Shown piece after piece: positions 49,691-62,378 of a stretch of DNA of 64,000 nt. The position numbers were made by a program, and so were the translations under genes. The first letter of the stretch is position 1. Each line of letters opens with the position of its first letter. The notes beneath the pieces were generated by a model. The model saw only the letters and a list, made by a program, of their open reading frames with translations. It made no database searches and had not been told where the DNA came from. This DNA comes from Camelus ferus (taxonomy: Eukaryota), in assembly GCF_009834535.1 (NCBI RefSeq), contig NC_045697.1:17176001-17240000 (forward strand). Reading direction: 5' to 3'.

Positions 49691-50429
49691 ATGGAGGAAT
49701 GATTCAGATTTAAGGAGAGCTGAGTGTAGCAACTCCTCCCACAAACTTAACTATGAACTGAAGGAAAAAGGGAGCACTGAAATAGAGATGAACGCAGAGC
49801 TGGGAACAAAGGGTGTTGATGATTTATGGATGGGTGGCCAGCCGCTAGTAAAGATAACTCAGGAAATGCAGTCAACATTTTTCGTCTAATAAAAATACAG
49901 TCATGTAGCCACAAAACAAAGATATGACAACATGTATCCAAAATGTTTGCTCTAAAACGTCAACATTATTCAGCTAAAACTCACACTGACAAGATCTTTT
50001 GTCAGTGTGAAAAAATCCTGAGATCCCATTTCCAAAGTCTCACTTCAAATTTTTGTTACTCAGATCATTGAAAGAGTTTGCTAATAGAAGGAATACAACT
50101 GATAGCTATAAATAATTTGAGATCAGCAATGAATTCTTTGGGGCTAAATTATCTACTGAATGATTAAGATGTTTTAAGTTGATTGAGTAACTCTTTCAAC
50201 ATTGAGGTTGATCAGAACAAAATTTATTCGTGTAGTATAAACTAGCTGAAGAAGTTTGCAAAGAAATTTAAGAAACCTCATTTTTGTTGTGGTTCTTAAT
50301 GGGCTAGTTAATTTTGTGTTAGGAACTCAAGCCCATATTGGAGTCAAAGGCTATACCATTCTTTCCTGCAATTCACCTAAAAATATCAAATTCATTGTAA
50401 GTATAAGATCCACCAAAAGATTCGTGATT

Positions 50430-50800
50430 CATTATTTCTAACCCAATAATTCTGCTCTTAGGTATTTATCACATGATGTAATAGGGAAAAATGCTATTTG
50501 CACAGGTGTGTTCACTAGGATATTATCCAAGAGGACAAAAACATGGAGACAACGTAAAAATTCAACAAAGGGGAGATAAACTACATCAATTATGGATATA
50601 TGCTTAATGGAATTATATATAGTCATTAATTGCATGAAACAGAGCTGAATAAAATTGTTCACTCTGACTGCAATCATACAATTATAAATTATGTGTGCAA
50701 ACCAAAAAATTCTCAAAGGTAAAGTAATACACAAACTCAAAAAAAAAAAGCTGTGTTGCGGGTATAAGAAAGGTTTTTGTTTCTTTTTCCAAAATTTCCT
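50430..50800 (+). mobile_element. Old L1 3' fragment
   Basis: acccaataattctgctcttaggtatttatc..aacatggagacaacgtaaaaattcaacaa. Confidence 0.6.
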
Positions 50801-51268
50801 TTAATGTTCCTGTAAAAACTGTCAAAAATCAGAAGAATGGAAAAGGCGGGAGGGAGAGAGGGAAGGAGGGAGGAAGGAAGGAAGGAGAAAGGAAGGAAGG
50901 GAAGGAGGAGGAAGTAACTGAGAGATCAAAACCAATGGAAAGAAAAGTCCTAAGTAAGAAAAAAAAAAAATTCTAAAATGTACCTTGACATGTTTGCAGA
51001 CTTTTGTCAACTGTGACTCACTTGTAGATTCTGAAGCCTTGTCTAGAAATGATACAAGGTTAAACGAAGTTACCCATTTGCAAATATGACTCATTTAAAT
51101 GATACCGCCAGGTACCCTGTCATCTCTACAGTCAGGGTCTGTAAATGTTAAATATATATATATTTTGGGACCAGTTTTACTGAAAACAAAGAAATAAAGA
51201 TGGCAGACAGTTCCAGGGTAAGTAAACTGTGGGTGAAGTGCTAAAGTTACCAAGTTTCTCTGCATTCT

Positions 51269-51446
51269 CTTTTTTTTTTAACCTTAATTTTTTTGAGGGG
51301 GGTAATCATTTTATTTATTTATTTATTTACTTACTTACTTACTTACTTACTTATTTATTTATTCGTTTGAATAGAGGTACAGGGGATTGAACTCAGGACC
51401 TCACGCATGCTAAGCACGTGTTCTACCACTGAACTATACCCTCCCC
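51269..51446 (-). mobile_element. tRNA-derived SINE (vic-1-like) with (TTTA)/(CTTA) tail
   Basis: Antisense head. Perfect TSD ctctgcattct at 51258-51268 and 51447-51457. Confidence 0.92.
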
Positions 51447-51719
51447 CTCTGCATTCTTAACTGATTATTCTTCATAATAAAGCAATTTTATTTTTGAAAT
51501 ATATTCAGTAAAATTTTGAATATGGTCAAATAACAACATGAAGCTAGGGTTGGGTCAGCCTGAGATTGCTATAGGGTCTTGCTTCAAGTTTAGATTAACG
51601 AGGGCTATTTCCCAACATCTCCATGAGAACTGAACTTCTTACCACCTACGATAATGCTTCATATAACAATTATTTATTTTGCTTATGATTTCAAACGCCT
51701 GAAATAGTTAGAAGGGTGA

Positions 51720-51955
51720 CTCCAGAGCGAGAGGGGGGTTTGAATTCGAGCTCCAACATTATTAGCTTGGAGACCCTCAGTGAGTTACAAGAATGCTCTG
51801 TGCCCTTGGATCCTCATTTACAAAATGGGGCTGATAGCATCTCTCTCTCATGAGGTCTTGTGAATATTAAGTAAGATTAATGTATGTAGTGCACTTAGAG
51901 ATATGCCTGGAACACAAATAAGCACACAGATAATGTTAGCCATTATTATTATTAG
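51720..51955 (+). mobile_element. MIR SINE, near full length
   Basis: gggtttgaattcgagctcc..cctcatttacaaaatgggg..gcacttagagatatgcctggaacac..ttagccattattatt. Confidence 0.8.
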
Positions 51956-52044
51956 ATATTGCAGGGAGACACAGAAGCATCAAAGCTCTGGCCTTGATGG
52001 AGCCTGCATTTATTAATATTAATAATGAGGACATAAATAAGGAT

Positions 52045-52200
52045 AATGGTAACTACTGTTACACCTTTCGCAGGCATGCCATCATTTCCATGTATCATCT
52101 CTTCTGATTTTACCACGACTCTGTAAGACAGGTCTTAGACCCATCATACAGCTCAAGAAACTGAGGTCCATGAGAGCAAAACACTTGACAGGATTGCCCC
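52045..52200 (-). mobile_element. MIR fragment
   Basis: cccatcatacagctcaagaaactgaggtcc. Confidence 0.55.
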
Positions 52201-52699
52201 CAAATAGGGACGTTAGTAAGGGCTGAATAAGGTCCCGTTTTAAAGCTGCAGATTAGAAATATCAACTCTCACAATATGACCCAGAGGGGAAAAACTGGTT
52301 GAGAGTTTATGGCCTGCCTTTTTGTTGACAAAGCAATTTGGGTAAGTTTGGAATTTTGAATGGTGTAGTAAAACTCGACTAATCATTTCCCAGCATATGA
52401 ATTATAAGTAACTTATTTTCTTCTTCAGGAAAATAAAAGAGCTGCCCAAAGCAGCACTATGAAAATTCTGTTTTAGCAGCAATATCCTAAGCGCTCATGG
52501 AATACGATTATTCCTCAGACAAGTCCATGTTTCCAGCTTCAAAGTGAGATCAGAGTCACAAGACGGGAAGTTAGCACTTTCTTTCCCCTCAAATACAAAT
52601 AAAGAGAAGCTTGCTATTTGAGAAAACGCATGCTTGCAATGAGAAGGTAAGATTTTTAGCGATTTATATAATAAATTCTGCCTCCTTTTATGTGTTATT

Positions 52700-53080
52700 T
52701 TATACAACCAGATGTATTTTTATTAGTTTTTGGTCCCATATAAAAACATGTTTACTGTGGAAAATTCTAAAACAAAAAAAAGTGAAAAAAAAATTCATCC
52801 TAAATTCCACAACTTCAAAATAAATATTCTTAATGTTGTAATGTGTAGATGCACAATATGTATATGTGTACAACCACTTATTTACATGCTCCCAATAAAA
52901 AAATTTTATTTCCAACTTCTTGCAGCTCGTGTTACCACTTTTTTATGTCCTGCAAAAACTGCTCCTTCTATTGTTAGGATGCTACACATGCAGTTTTGTC
53001 TGGCTCGCTTTTCATTCAACATTATATCAAAAGCATTTCCCCTGTTATTAAACATTGTTTGAAGTGGTATTTTTCCTGGC
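52700..53080 (-). mobile_element. Old L1 (L1ME-like) 3' fragment
   Basis: catgtttactgtggaaaattct..gctttttcattcaacattatatcaaaagcatttccc. Confidence 0.55.
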
Positions 53081-55375
53081 TTTTTAGATTTGGATATCTC
53101 ACCTTTTTAAAATAGCACATAGATTCAAGAATTTTCTGCATCTCAGGCTGCTCTGACATAATATGGAGATCTAAGTTTCATGACCGCTGGATCACTCCAA
53201 TTAACACATGTTAAATTGTCTAAAGCAACTTAGGAATTTCAATGATTTTTACCTTAAAATATCAGGGAAAAACTTTTAGTTGGGGGTAACTCCTTATATT
53301 TGCATTTTAACAGACTTTTTTTGATGACTTCAAATCTTTTGGCTCTAACAGCTTTCCTTCGCTTTACGGCTTTCCCTGCCTAGAAAGTAAAAGGTAAAAG
53401 TAAAATATTATTATGAAGTTTCTCTGCCTTTATCCATGGTGAGTGGAAACCTTTTAAGGGCAGAGGCCACTTCTCAATCCATTGCTATGACTTCTTCAAT
53501 GCCTTAAAAATTTAATTGTACCAGACTGTTACTACTTTTCTAAAATATGTTTTTGGGTGAATGTTGCCCATAATGTTGTACTTTAAAACCAACAAGCAGC
53601 TACAGGACAATGATCTCTCGAAAATCTGAGGTTGACCTGGCCATACCTCATCATCACAAGAGATGTATAACATATACATTCAATTCACAGACTTCTCTGA
53701 CTTCTCCTCCAAATAAAGTTGGCTCATCTTCACCAAGAAACCTTTTCTCTAGTGGGGGAAACATACATCTACACGTACAAAAATTGTATTAGCACCAGTT
53801 ACACTGTAACACAATGATGAACATTTTTCTTCTAATTTGCAGGCTCCCAACCTTTAAAGACTTTGCCGGTTCTGGTTGGCAGCTGAGCTGTATGTAGTAG
53901 ATATGCTGATTTTCCAAAAAGGAAGAAAAAGAACTACAATAATGGTGCGGTCTCCTGAGAATACATTTATTTCTGCAGTATAAAACAAAATTAAATTCTT
54001 CAATCTCAAAAACTATTAAAAGGTTGTATTTAAAATGCATGAAGCATTAAAAAGACATCAAAATTAAAATAATCTCATAAATCTCTTCATTTAAAAGACT
54101 TATTAGAATACAGATCGAGGCAGAAAACAGCTGCCCGGCACTCCGGAGCAGTAAATTATGACTATTTTAACTTTTTTTCATTTTCATCATTGAAAATTCT
54201 TTTCCAGAATAATTGTATTGCTGTAGCAAGACTAACTGCCCCATATATTTAACATGTGAAGTAAACTGCTTTCAATGGACTCTGAAACAGACATGCTGCA
54301 TACTCTTCCCAAGATCAGCAGACCACAGAGTTGTACCTGACAAAGGATACAGAAGATACAGACAGAAATTAGCTTTTAATGTAAAATTGATCAGATTAAT
54401 TACTATTCCAATTCAGTTTGCCAGAGCACTCGGGACACTCTGGGAAAACCTGACACGGGAAGTTTTTTCAGCTGTTCCCATCTTCCCTAGATCTACCAAC
54501 TAAAGCCCAAGAAAAAGTCAGCACACGAAAAAGGACAGTGAGATGTGTCCAACTGTTATCAATCATTAAAACCAGACTCTCTTTTATAAATGACTGGCAA
54601 GTAGATGAAGATTTTTTTTCTTAATAAAGAGCCCCACTCCACAGACCATCATGTGTCAGTCCTGGCTGTACTGGAGCATTCCTTGGGGGACAATTAAACT
54701 ATCATGTTGATTGCACCTCAATGCGGTTGAAGCCTAAATGGAGGAAAATAAAAGCCAGATGGCTAACTGGGGCCTCGTGCCACTTGCCCCCTGTCATAGT
54801 CTGAAGGAGAATGCTAGGAACTGAGCAGAGCTCTTTGTGGTAGAGACAGCCAGGCACGCCTTGAAAGTCTTAGAAGAAAATGAAAGGTGTGTTCCCATAA
54901 AGCCGCCTCCGGTTTTCACTGACCTCCCCTTCCTCAAATGCACTCTGACCTCACTCCTCCTTCACTGAGATAAGATTAGTAAACAGTGAGCTTTCTTAGA
55001 GGCTGTTCAGAACACCATTAATCCGACCTAATGGGTGGTGCAGGGGCACCAGGTCTTTTTCTGCTTCCTCTTTCCAGAAGACAACACTGGTAGCGGAATC
55101 GGACTTCCTTCCAGAAGCAGCACCTATCTTTGTAATTCTGTACACTCTCCCATTGCCTTGGCTCATGCAGGCTGAGCAAAGCTTCTTATCTAAGACTCTG
55201 AAAAGGATAACAAGACTGCTCAAGTATAAAAACTGCAAGTATTTTATTTATCTCTCTTTCTTTCTGCTTAGATTATCATTATCTTTGGTCACTGAATTTT
55301 GTCTTTTGGGCTTCAAATGGGGAGCGAAGTCAACCAAAAGGTACTGCTTTAAACCCAATGGATTACTGCTCCACC

Positions 55376-55399
55376 GGCACACGCGTGCGCACACAGACA

Positions 55400-55430
<31 letters not shown>
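55376..55430. repeat. (CA)n microsatellite
   Basis: About 14 perfect CA units at 55402-55430, with a degenerate flank. Confidence 0.95.
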
Positions 55431-55433
<3 letters not shown>

Positions 55434-55835
55434 GCACGCCTCCTTCTGGCCTGTCTCTGGCTTTATGCTCAGGTTAACTTCCTCATGAATAGTTTTCAGA
55501 TGACCCCATGACCTTCCTTGCACAATATTTATGCTGAAAAACAATGCAGGTCCCACAAGGGACTCAGTAACGATGATTACACTGAAACTAAAAGGTAAGC
55601 CCAACAAATGAGCTGTCTACAACCAGGCGGGGTGTCTGCAGAATGGGGGGAAACTGCATAAAATAATTGCTAGCATGAAGTTCAAATCCAGCCATTCATT
55701 CTTTCCTATAACCACATATAAGGCATTGAAGGAGCCATGGAGATGAACTGAGAAGCAGTCCCTGCCCATCAAAGGTTTCCAATTACAACAGAGATGGGCA
55801 CATGAACATCTATGATAAGATGAGAATAACAAGCA

Positions 55836-55963
55836 GGGAGAGGGTATAGCTCAGGGATAGAGTGCATGCTTAGCATGCATGAAGTCCTGGGTTCAATCCC
55901 CAGTACCTCTGTTAAAATAAATAAACAAACCAACCTACTCCCCCCGACCCCCCCCCCCAAAAA
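55836..55963 (+). mobile_element. tRNA-derived SINE (vic-1-like), long-tail form, inside an L2
   Basis: gggtatagctcagggatagagtgcatgcttagcatgcatgaagtcctgggttcaatccccagtacctc followed by an A-rich then C-rich tail. Confidence 0.92.
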
Positions 55964-56147
55964 GTACTGAGTCAAGTTTTAAGCAATGTCTTATGGGCAC
56001 ACACAATTAATTCTGACTATAGAAATCAGGGAAGGCTTCAAGGAGGAGAAAGCAAGGGAGTTCCACTATTAGTGAGTAAGGAAAAGAGCACCTACAATTA
56101 AGGAACAGCATGCACAAACACCCAGAGAAGTGAAGTAATCAGAACAG

Positions 56148-56650
56148 ATCGCGGCTGCCCACATTTTTGTCACGTGAGTACTACATTCACAATTCTTGCC
56201 ATAGCTACATACCATCTGTACCAGTGTTTGCTTAATATTCTTTTCTTAATTGGATCCATGTTACTGAAATAAATTTATTTTTTAAAGGAAATCTTTCTGT
56301 CACTACTATAAATGGAAATCCAGTGTTGCCTTCCCCAAGCACAAGATAACTATACAAGTAAGTAAATGAAAACAAAACAATGAAATTCTAGCTTACTACT
56401 GCTGGAGCCCACTCTCTTGATATCACAAAGAGAAACTAGGATGGACAGATTTTGAAGACTTCCCAGCATCAAGCACAGACTTTCTCCTCCAGGTTCTCTG
56501 AAGGGTTGAGAGAGAACTCTAAACGCTAAACTCCTTAAAAATTCTAAATTCTGAAAAATGACTCATGGGTAACTCAAAGTTTTCAAGGCTATGTAGGATT
56601 ACCACCTAAAGTCATTTTGAATCATTGTCCTACACTCTAGGAAACACTGA
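56148..56650. mobile_element. Probable hAT-Charlie-type DNA transposon remnant
   Basis: AT-rich interior ending in ctacactctaggaaacactg, which resembles Charlie terminal repeats. Confidence 0.4.
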
Positions 56651-57022
56651 AATAGATCAAAGACCCTCAGGAGTCGGCTAAGATGAGGATGTAATGAGAG
56701 ATACAGCAGGAAGCAGATTTAAGACTCGGGGGGGACTCTGAAGGGTTGTCTCTGGCCTTCATGTGAGGTGCTGGGAAATCATTACAAGTAGGTAGTTCAT
56801 TAAGAAGAAAACGCTGATTGTGGTACAAAAGCCAACTGGATGGAGAAGAGATGAAAAACTGAGCTATCAGCTCATTTGAGAGAAGCCAAGGGTGTTAAGC
56901 AGAATCACAGGTGAAAGGATAGAAAAGAGATAATGTTGTTCCCTGTGGTACCCAACCCCAGGACACCCCGAGGTTATCTATGTTTCTCCATTCTGCCCTA
57001 CTCTGTATATGAACTAAGTCAT

Positions 57023-57204
57023 TACTGCATTTCATCAAATCCAAGATACTGTCAATTGTGAGATGCACCATTATTTTATGTGCCACTAAGGAAGAAAAAT
57101 GCTGCCAATTAAATGATGATACACCCTCACTTGTAAGAAGCATCCAGTTTCAGAGATGTTAAAATGTGGGGGAAATGCTTGTTTGGGAATCAATGAGACA
57201 CGTT
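57023..57204. mobile_element. TcMar-Tc2 MITE, MER104-like
   Basis: Inverted termini tactgcatttcatcaaatccaaga / ttgggaatcaatgagacacgtta, and internal tttcagagatgttaaaatgtg. Confidence 0.7.
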
Positions 57205-57344
57205 ATTAATCACTATTGCTTAAAAGCAAATAATTCAGAGCTTGGAAGTTAATTGGTTTTCAGAAAACAATGAAAAAAGCATATCTGGTCCAATGTCCTA
57301 CGTGATGTAACTAGAACAGTAAATTGTCATCCTTTTGAGACAAG

Positions 57345-57475
57345 GCAATACAGAACAGTGATTCAGAGCAGAGCCGGGAAGACCCTGGGTTCAAGTCCTG
57401 CTTCTGTCACTTACTAGAAGTAGCACACTAAATAAGTAACAAACTCTGAAAGCTTCCATTGGTTCATCTGTCAAA
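57345..57475 (+). mobile_element. MIR fragment
   Basis: cctgggttcaagtcctgcttctgtcacttactag..catctgtcaaat. Confidence 0.7.
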
Positions 57476-57564
57476 TACGCTTTGTATTTTCAATATTTAA
57501 ACATGTACTCCCAGTGGAAAACTTAAAATAAGAACCCTGCCCAGATTTGTCAGAACTGATTTTT

Positions 57565-59537
57565 TTAACATTTTTTATTACTTATAATCATTTTACAATG
57601 TTGTGTCAAATTCCAGTGTAGAGCACAATTTTTCAGTTATACATGAACATATGTATATTCATTGTCACATTTTTTTTTCTCTGTGAGCTACCATAAGATC
57701 TTGTATATATTCCCCTGTGCTATACAGTATAATCTTGTTTATCTATTCTACAATTTTGAAATCCCAGTCTATCCCTTCCCACCCTCCGCCCCCTTGGCAA
57801 CCACAAGTTTGTATTCTATGTCTACGAGTCTATTTCTGTTTTGTATTTATGCTTTGTTTGTTTGTTTGTTTTTAGGTTCCACATATGAGCGATCTCATAT
57901 GGTATTTTTCTTTCTCTTTCTGGCTCACTTCACTTAGAATGACATTCTCCAGGACCATCCATGTTGCTGCAAATGGTGTTATGTTGTCTGTTTTTTTTTG
58001 GCTGAATAGTATTCCATTGTATAAATATACCACTACTTCTTTATCCAGTCATCTGTTGATGGATATTTAGGCTGTTTCTATGTCTTGGCTATTGTAAATA
58101 GTGCTGCAATGAACATTGGGGTGCAGGTGTCTTTTTGAAGTAGGGTTCCTTCTGAATATATGCCCAGGAGTGGGATTCCTGGGTCATATGGAAAGTCTAT
58201 TCCTAGTCTTTTGAGGAATCTCCACACTGTTTTCCATAGTGGCTGCACCAAACTGCATTTCCACCAGCAGCGTAGGAGGGTTCCCCTTTCTCCACAGCCT
58301 CTCCAGCATTTGTCATTTGTGGATTTTTGAATGATGGCCATTCTGACTGGTGTGAGGTGATATCTCATTGTAGTTTTGATTTGCATTTCTCTGATAATTA
58401 GTGATACTGAGCATTTTTTCATTGATGATTTGTATGTCTTCCTTGGAGAATTGCTTGTTTTAGTTCTTCTGCCCATTTTTGGATTGGGTTGTTTGTTTTT
58501 TTCTTATTAAGTCATATGAGCTGCTTATATATTCTGGAGATCAAGCCTTTGTCAATTTCACTTGCAAAAATTTTCTCCCATTCCGTAGGTTGTCTTTTTT
58601 ACTTTGGTTTCCTTTGCTGTGCAGAAGCTTGTAAGTTTCATTAGGTCCCATTTGTTTATTCTTGCTTTTATTTCTATTGCTTGAGTAGACTGTTCTAGGA
58701 GAACATTTTTGAGATGTATGTCAAATAATGTTTTGCCTATATTTTCTTCTAGGAGGTTTATTGTATCTTGTCTTATGTTTAAGTCTTTAATCCATTTTGA
58801 GTTTATTTTTGTGTATGGTGTAAGTGAGTGTTCTAGCTTCACTGCTTTACATGCTGCTGTCCAGTTTTCCCAACACCATTTGCTGAAGAGACTGTCTTTA
58901 TTCCATTGTATATTCTTGCCTCCTTTATCGAAGATTAGTTGACCAAAAGTTTGTGGGTTCATTTCTGGGCTCTCTATTCTGTTCCATTGGTCTATATGTC
59001 TGTTTTTGTACCAATATCATGCTGTCTTGATGACTGTAGCTCTATAGTATTGTCTGAAGTCTGGGAGAGTTATTCCTCCAGCCTCTGTCTTTCTCTTCAG
59101 CAATGCCTTGACAATTCTAGGTCTCTGATGGTTCCATATAAATTTTATTATGATTTGTTCTAGTTCTGTGAAATATGTCCTGGGTAATTGGATAGGGATT
59201 GCATTAAATCTGTAGCTTGCCTTGGGCAGTGTGACCATTTTAACAATATTGATTTTTCCAATCCAAGAGCATGGGATATCTTTACATTTTTTAAAGTCTT
59301 CTTTAATTTCCTTCATCAATGGTTCATAGTTTTCTATGTATAATTCTTTCACCTCTTTGGTTAGATTTATTCCTAGATATTTTATTACTTTGGGTACTAT
59401 TTTAAGGGGGATTGTTTCTTTACTTTCTTTTTCTGTTGATTCATTGTTAGTATAAAGAAATGCAACTGATATTTGAACATTAATCTTGTAACCCGCTACC
59501 TTGCTGAATTCTTTGATCAGCTCTAGTAGTATTTGTG
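57565..59537 (-). mobile_element. 5'-truncated, relatively young L1: ORF2 3' half plus 3' UTR
   Basis: ORFs 59017-59352, 58558-58962 and 58078-58476 are collinear L1 ORF2p pieces ([46 protein letters not shown]). Perfect TSD agaactgattttt at 57552-57564 and 59538-59550. Confidence 0.98.
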
Positions 59538-59959
59538 AGAACTGATTTTTAATGAAAGCTAATTATCATTGTAACTATTATTATCACTGTAATATAGTTA
59601 GTGAAATTTGTTTCCTCTTTTACTTATTTAGACCCAAAAAACCACAGTGCCGACTGGTTTTAGATCACCAATGCATGTTTTATTGATTCTCACTTAAATA
59701 GGGTAGTATTTATGAGGACTGGTCAGTTACAAACAGCATTGGGCCCCACAGAGGTGGGTTCCTTTGAGTTGATCAGTTAACAACCCCAGATTCCAGGTCC
59801 TTGTAATTTTCCGTTCCAATGCGCCTCCCAAACACTAAGAAGTCTGTCAATGTGCATCATCCTGAAGAGAAAATGGGGACTGACCCACTCCAGTGCAACT
59901 CCTGGGAAGAGCAAGCTGTTCTGTTGTCAGCTCCTTAGTTTGTGCATCACTTTACTAGG

Positions 59960-60140
59960 TGCTTTCAAACTGCAACACAGTCTGAGTCTCGTACCACGCC
60001 TGGGCTTTCAATAGGACAGGCATCATTGTTGCAATTCATGGAAGAGGAAATTGAGAGGTCACCATGGGACTTCCCCAAGGTCACACAGTGTTAAGCCATG
60101 AGGATGGAAGCCCGAATCTGGCTCCAAAGGTGCTGCTCCT
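59960..60140 (-). mobile_element. MIR fragment
   Basis: gaagaggaaattgag..gacttccccaaggtcacacag..tctggctccaaag. Confidence 0.65.
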
Positions 60141-60430
60141 CCCACTCACTTCATCACATCATAAAAACATTTTTTTTTAAGTGACAACACCATTTTGCTC
60201 TTCCTCTACATTCTATGTTCTCATTTTTGGTTTGGGACTTGTTCTTCACCAGTCCTCCAAGCTCTCACGTTAGCCCTACATCTCCTGCTGACCTCTTCTC
60301 AGTGTCTCTGAGATGAAACAAGTCTCTGGGAGCCTCAAGGTTTCATTGTCCCCGCACTTCCTGGGGCTGAGCTGGGCAGACCCCGGACCTTGGTCACCAG
60401 GGTGCAGGAGAGTGCTGTTCTCAGGTACAG

Positions 60431-60444
60431 CCACAAGGGGGCAG
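60431..60444 (+). promoter_or_regulatory. CTCF-like motif
   Basis: CCACAAGGGGGCAG versus the core CCASYAGRKGGCRS. Confidence 0.45.
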
Positions 60445-60857
60445 GGTGCCCTAGTAAGCAGCCACGCTTGGAATTCCTGGGAGATCCGGCAAGGCTGACT
60501 TCTCCAGGAGTGTGCATTCCAAAGCCTTAGGGCAGGTGCAGGACGATGGTGAAGGCTCAGAGGCAGGTAGGCACGGAGAACGTGGTAGCTTACATGAAAG
60601 TTCTAGACATGGGCTCTAGATTTGCTTCCACAGCTAACAAGCTGGAAAATGTTAGGCAAGCTGCTTCCCCTGTTAGGTGAGGGGTTTGATCTAGTAATCG
60701 CTAAGGCCAGATCCCTCTTTAAGAGTTGTTGACTCATGAACTTTATAGTCTAGTGCTAAAGAACTCTGATAGCATTCTTACTATGTGTTGAGTGCCTGTG
60801 CAGGTTAAGAGAGACAGTGTTTACAAAATGCTCGCAACGGAGATGGCTGTCTGTAGC

Positions 60858-60871
60858 GCGCCCTCTAATGG
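60858..60871 (-). promoter_or_regulatory. CTCF-like motif
   Basis: The minus strand reads CCATTAGAGGGCGC, with its CpGs retained. Confidence 0.5.
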
Positions 60872-61319
60872 ATAGGTGGTGTCATTACAGCCTTCTCTAC
60901 CTTGAAACACCAAGAGACTATGTATCTTAGTTTAAGTCTCGTATTTTTAACTCTGAGTCCTGACAAAGCAGGATTCAGGAAGCCCTGGCAATCGCTTTAG
61001 AGGTCAACGAGCATGGCGTTGATCCCCACAGCTCGTGCTTGGAACTCTCTCCATGTCGTTTCTGGTTCTTCTGGTTCCTTCATAGAAAAATACTCTAATT
61101 TCTGCCATGAAAACACTACAGAAGAATGATACTAACTCAAACATGGAACTTGTGCAAATCACAGTTCCCTATAGTACGAAGAGAGCTCTTCCCTCTCCAC
61201 CACAGTTACAAAATGGTACTCTCAAATATCCTCTATTCCAGGACTTCAGAAACATTAATTCTGCTTCATAATTAACATGATAAAGGGTCAATAACCTTAA
61301 CATAAATGATTAATAAACA

Positions 61320-61640
61320 GTTAAGAAAAACAAGCCAAATCACTCCATGTACTAGGGACATGAAGAAAAAGTTCAGGGACGATAAAATATAAATGGCTAA
61401 TAAACAATAGAATAAAATGTCAATCCACACTAGTAATCAAAGAAGAGTAAATTAAAACATGACATAATCTCAACTGACTGCCAATATTACAAAGTCCATT
61501 ATACCCAATGCTGATGAGGGTGACTTAAGACAGGCATTTCAGTACACTGTAATTGGTACAATCATTCTGAAAGCAATATAGCAGAAAATACCATTTTGGA
61601 CTCTTATATGGACTCATATATACAAAACATCAGGAAATTC
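61320..61640 (+). mobile_element. Old L1 ORF2-end fragment (continues at ~62100-62200 and ~62400-62700)
   Basis: aaatggctaataaaca..ctagtaatcaaagaagagtaaattaaaaca..aattggtacaatcattctgaaagcaat. Confidence 0.65.
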
Positions 61641-61649
61641 TTAATGTAC

Positions 61650-62097
61650 AATAGTCCTCTGATATCGATTCTTCTCTTCCTCTTTAAGAATGGGATTCCC
61701 AGGTCTATAGCTGGCACATGTCTATTTGTAATAAAGATTATAGTTCTTAGCCTCCCTTGCAGCTAGGTATAGTCCTGTAAATATATTCTAGCCTAAGAAA
61801 TGTAAATGGGAATGATCGATACAAATTCCAGGTAGTACATTTAAAGACATACTCTCTTCCCCTCTTTCTCCTTCTCTCTTACTGGCTGGAATGCAGCTGG
61901 ATAGCTGGAACTCCAGCAGCCATTTTAGATATTGAGGTGGTTTGAGAATGGAAGTCACATGTGGTAGGATAACAAAACAGGAAGAGCTGGATCAACCACT
62001 TCCAAATTTCTTAAATTCAGAAGACAAACTTCTATTTTGTTTAAGCCACTATTATTTGGAGTTTTATTGCAGCCAATCCTAATTCCAAATAATATAT
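61650..62097 (+). mobile_element. MaLR LTR (MLT1J/K-like)
   Basis: cctcccttgcagctagg..gctggaactccagcagccatttt..tgtttaagccactatt. Confidence 0.75.
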
Positions 62098-62204
62098 GTA
62101 TTAATACTGAGCATACTACAAAATATTGGATTGAAAAAAGTAAGATGCAGAACAGTGTGTAACATACTACCATTGTAACAAAAAGGAAAACAAAAACATT
62201 ATTC

Positions 62205-62378
62205 TGTGGAAGCTAGCTCCCTAAGAACCATGCCTCCATTATCCATACCCTTATATAGACTCTCCCCACATTGAATCTGAACTTGTCATATGACTGACTT
62301 AAACAAGTAGAATGTGGAGAAAGTGACACTGTGCCAATTTCTAGCCTAAGCATTAAGAAGGCCTGGCAGCTTCTGCCA
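62205..62378 (+). mobile_element. MaLR LTR 5' fragment (MLT1E/F-like)
   Basis: ccccacattgaatctg..tagaatgtggagaaagtgacactgtgccaatttctagcctaagcattaagaaggcctggcagcttctgc. Confidence 0.65.

Noticed and set aside
54996..55197. Minus-strand acceptor (ttatccttttcag) with an open frame
   Set aside because: No good donor found and the peptide is not recognisable.
58078..59352. L1 ORF2 pieces as functional CDS
   Set aside because: 5'-truncated with no endonuclease or catalytic RT motif, and frameshifted.
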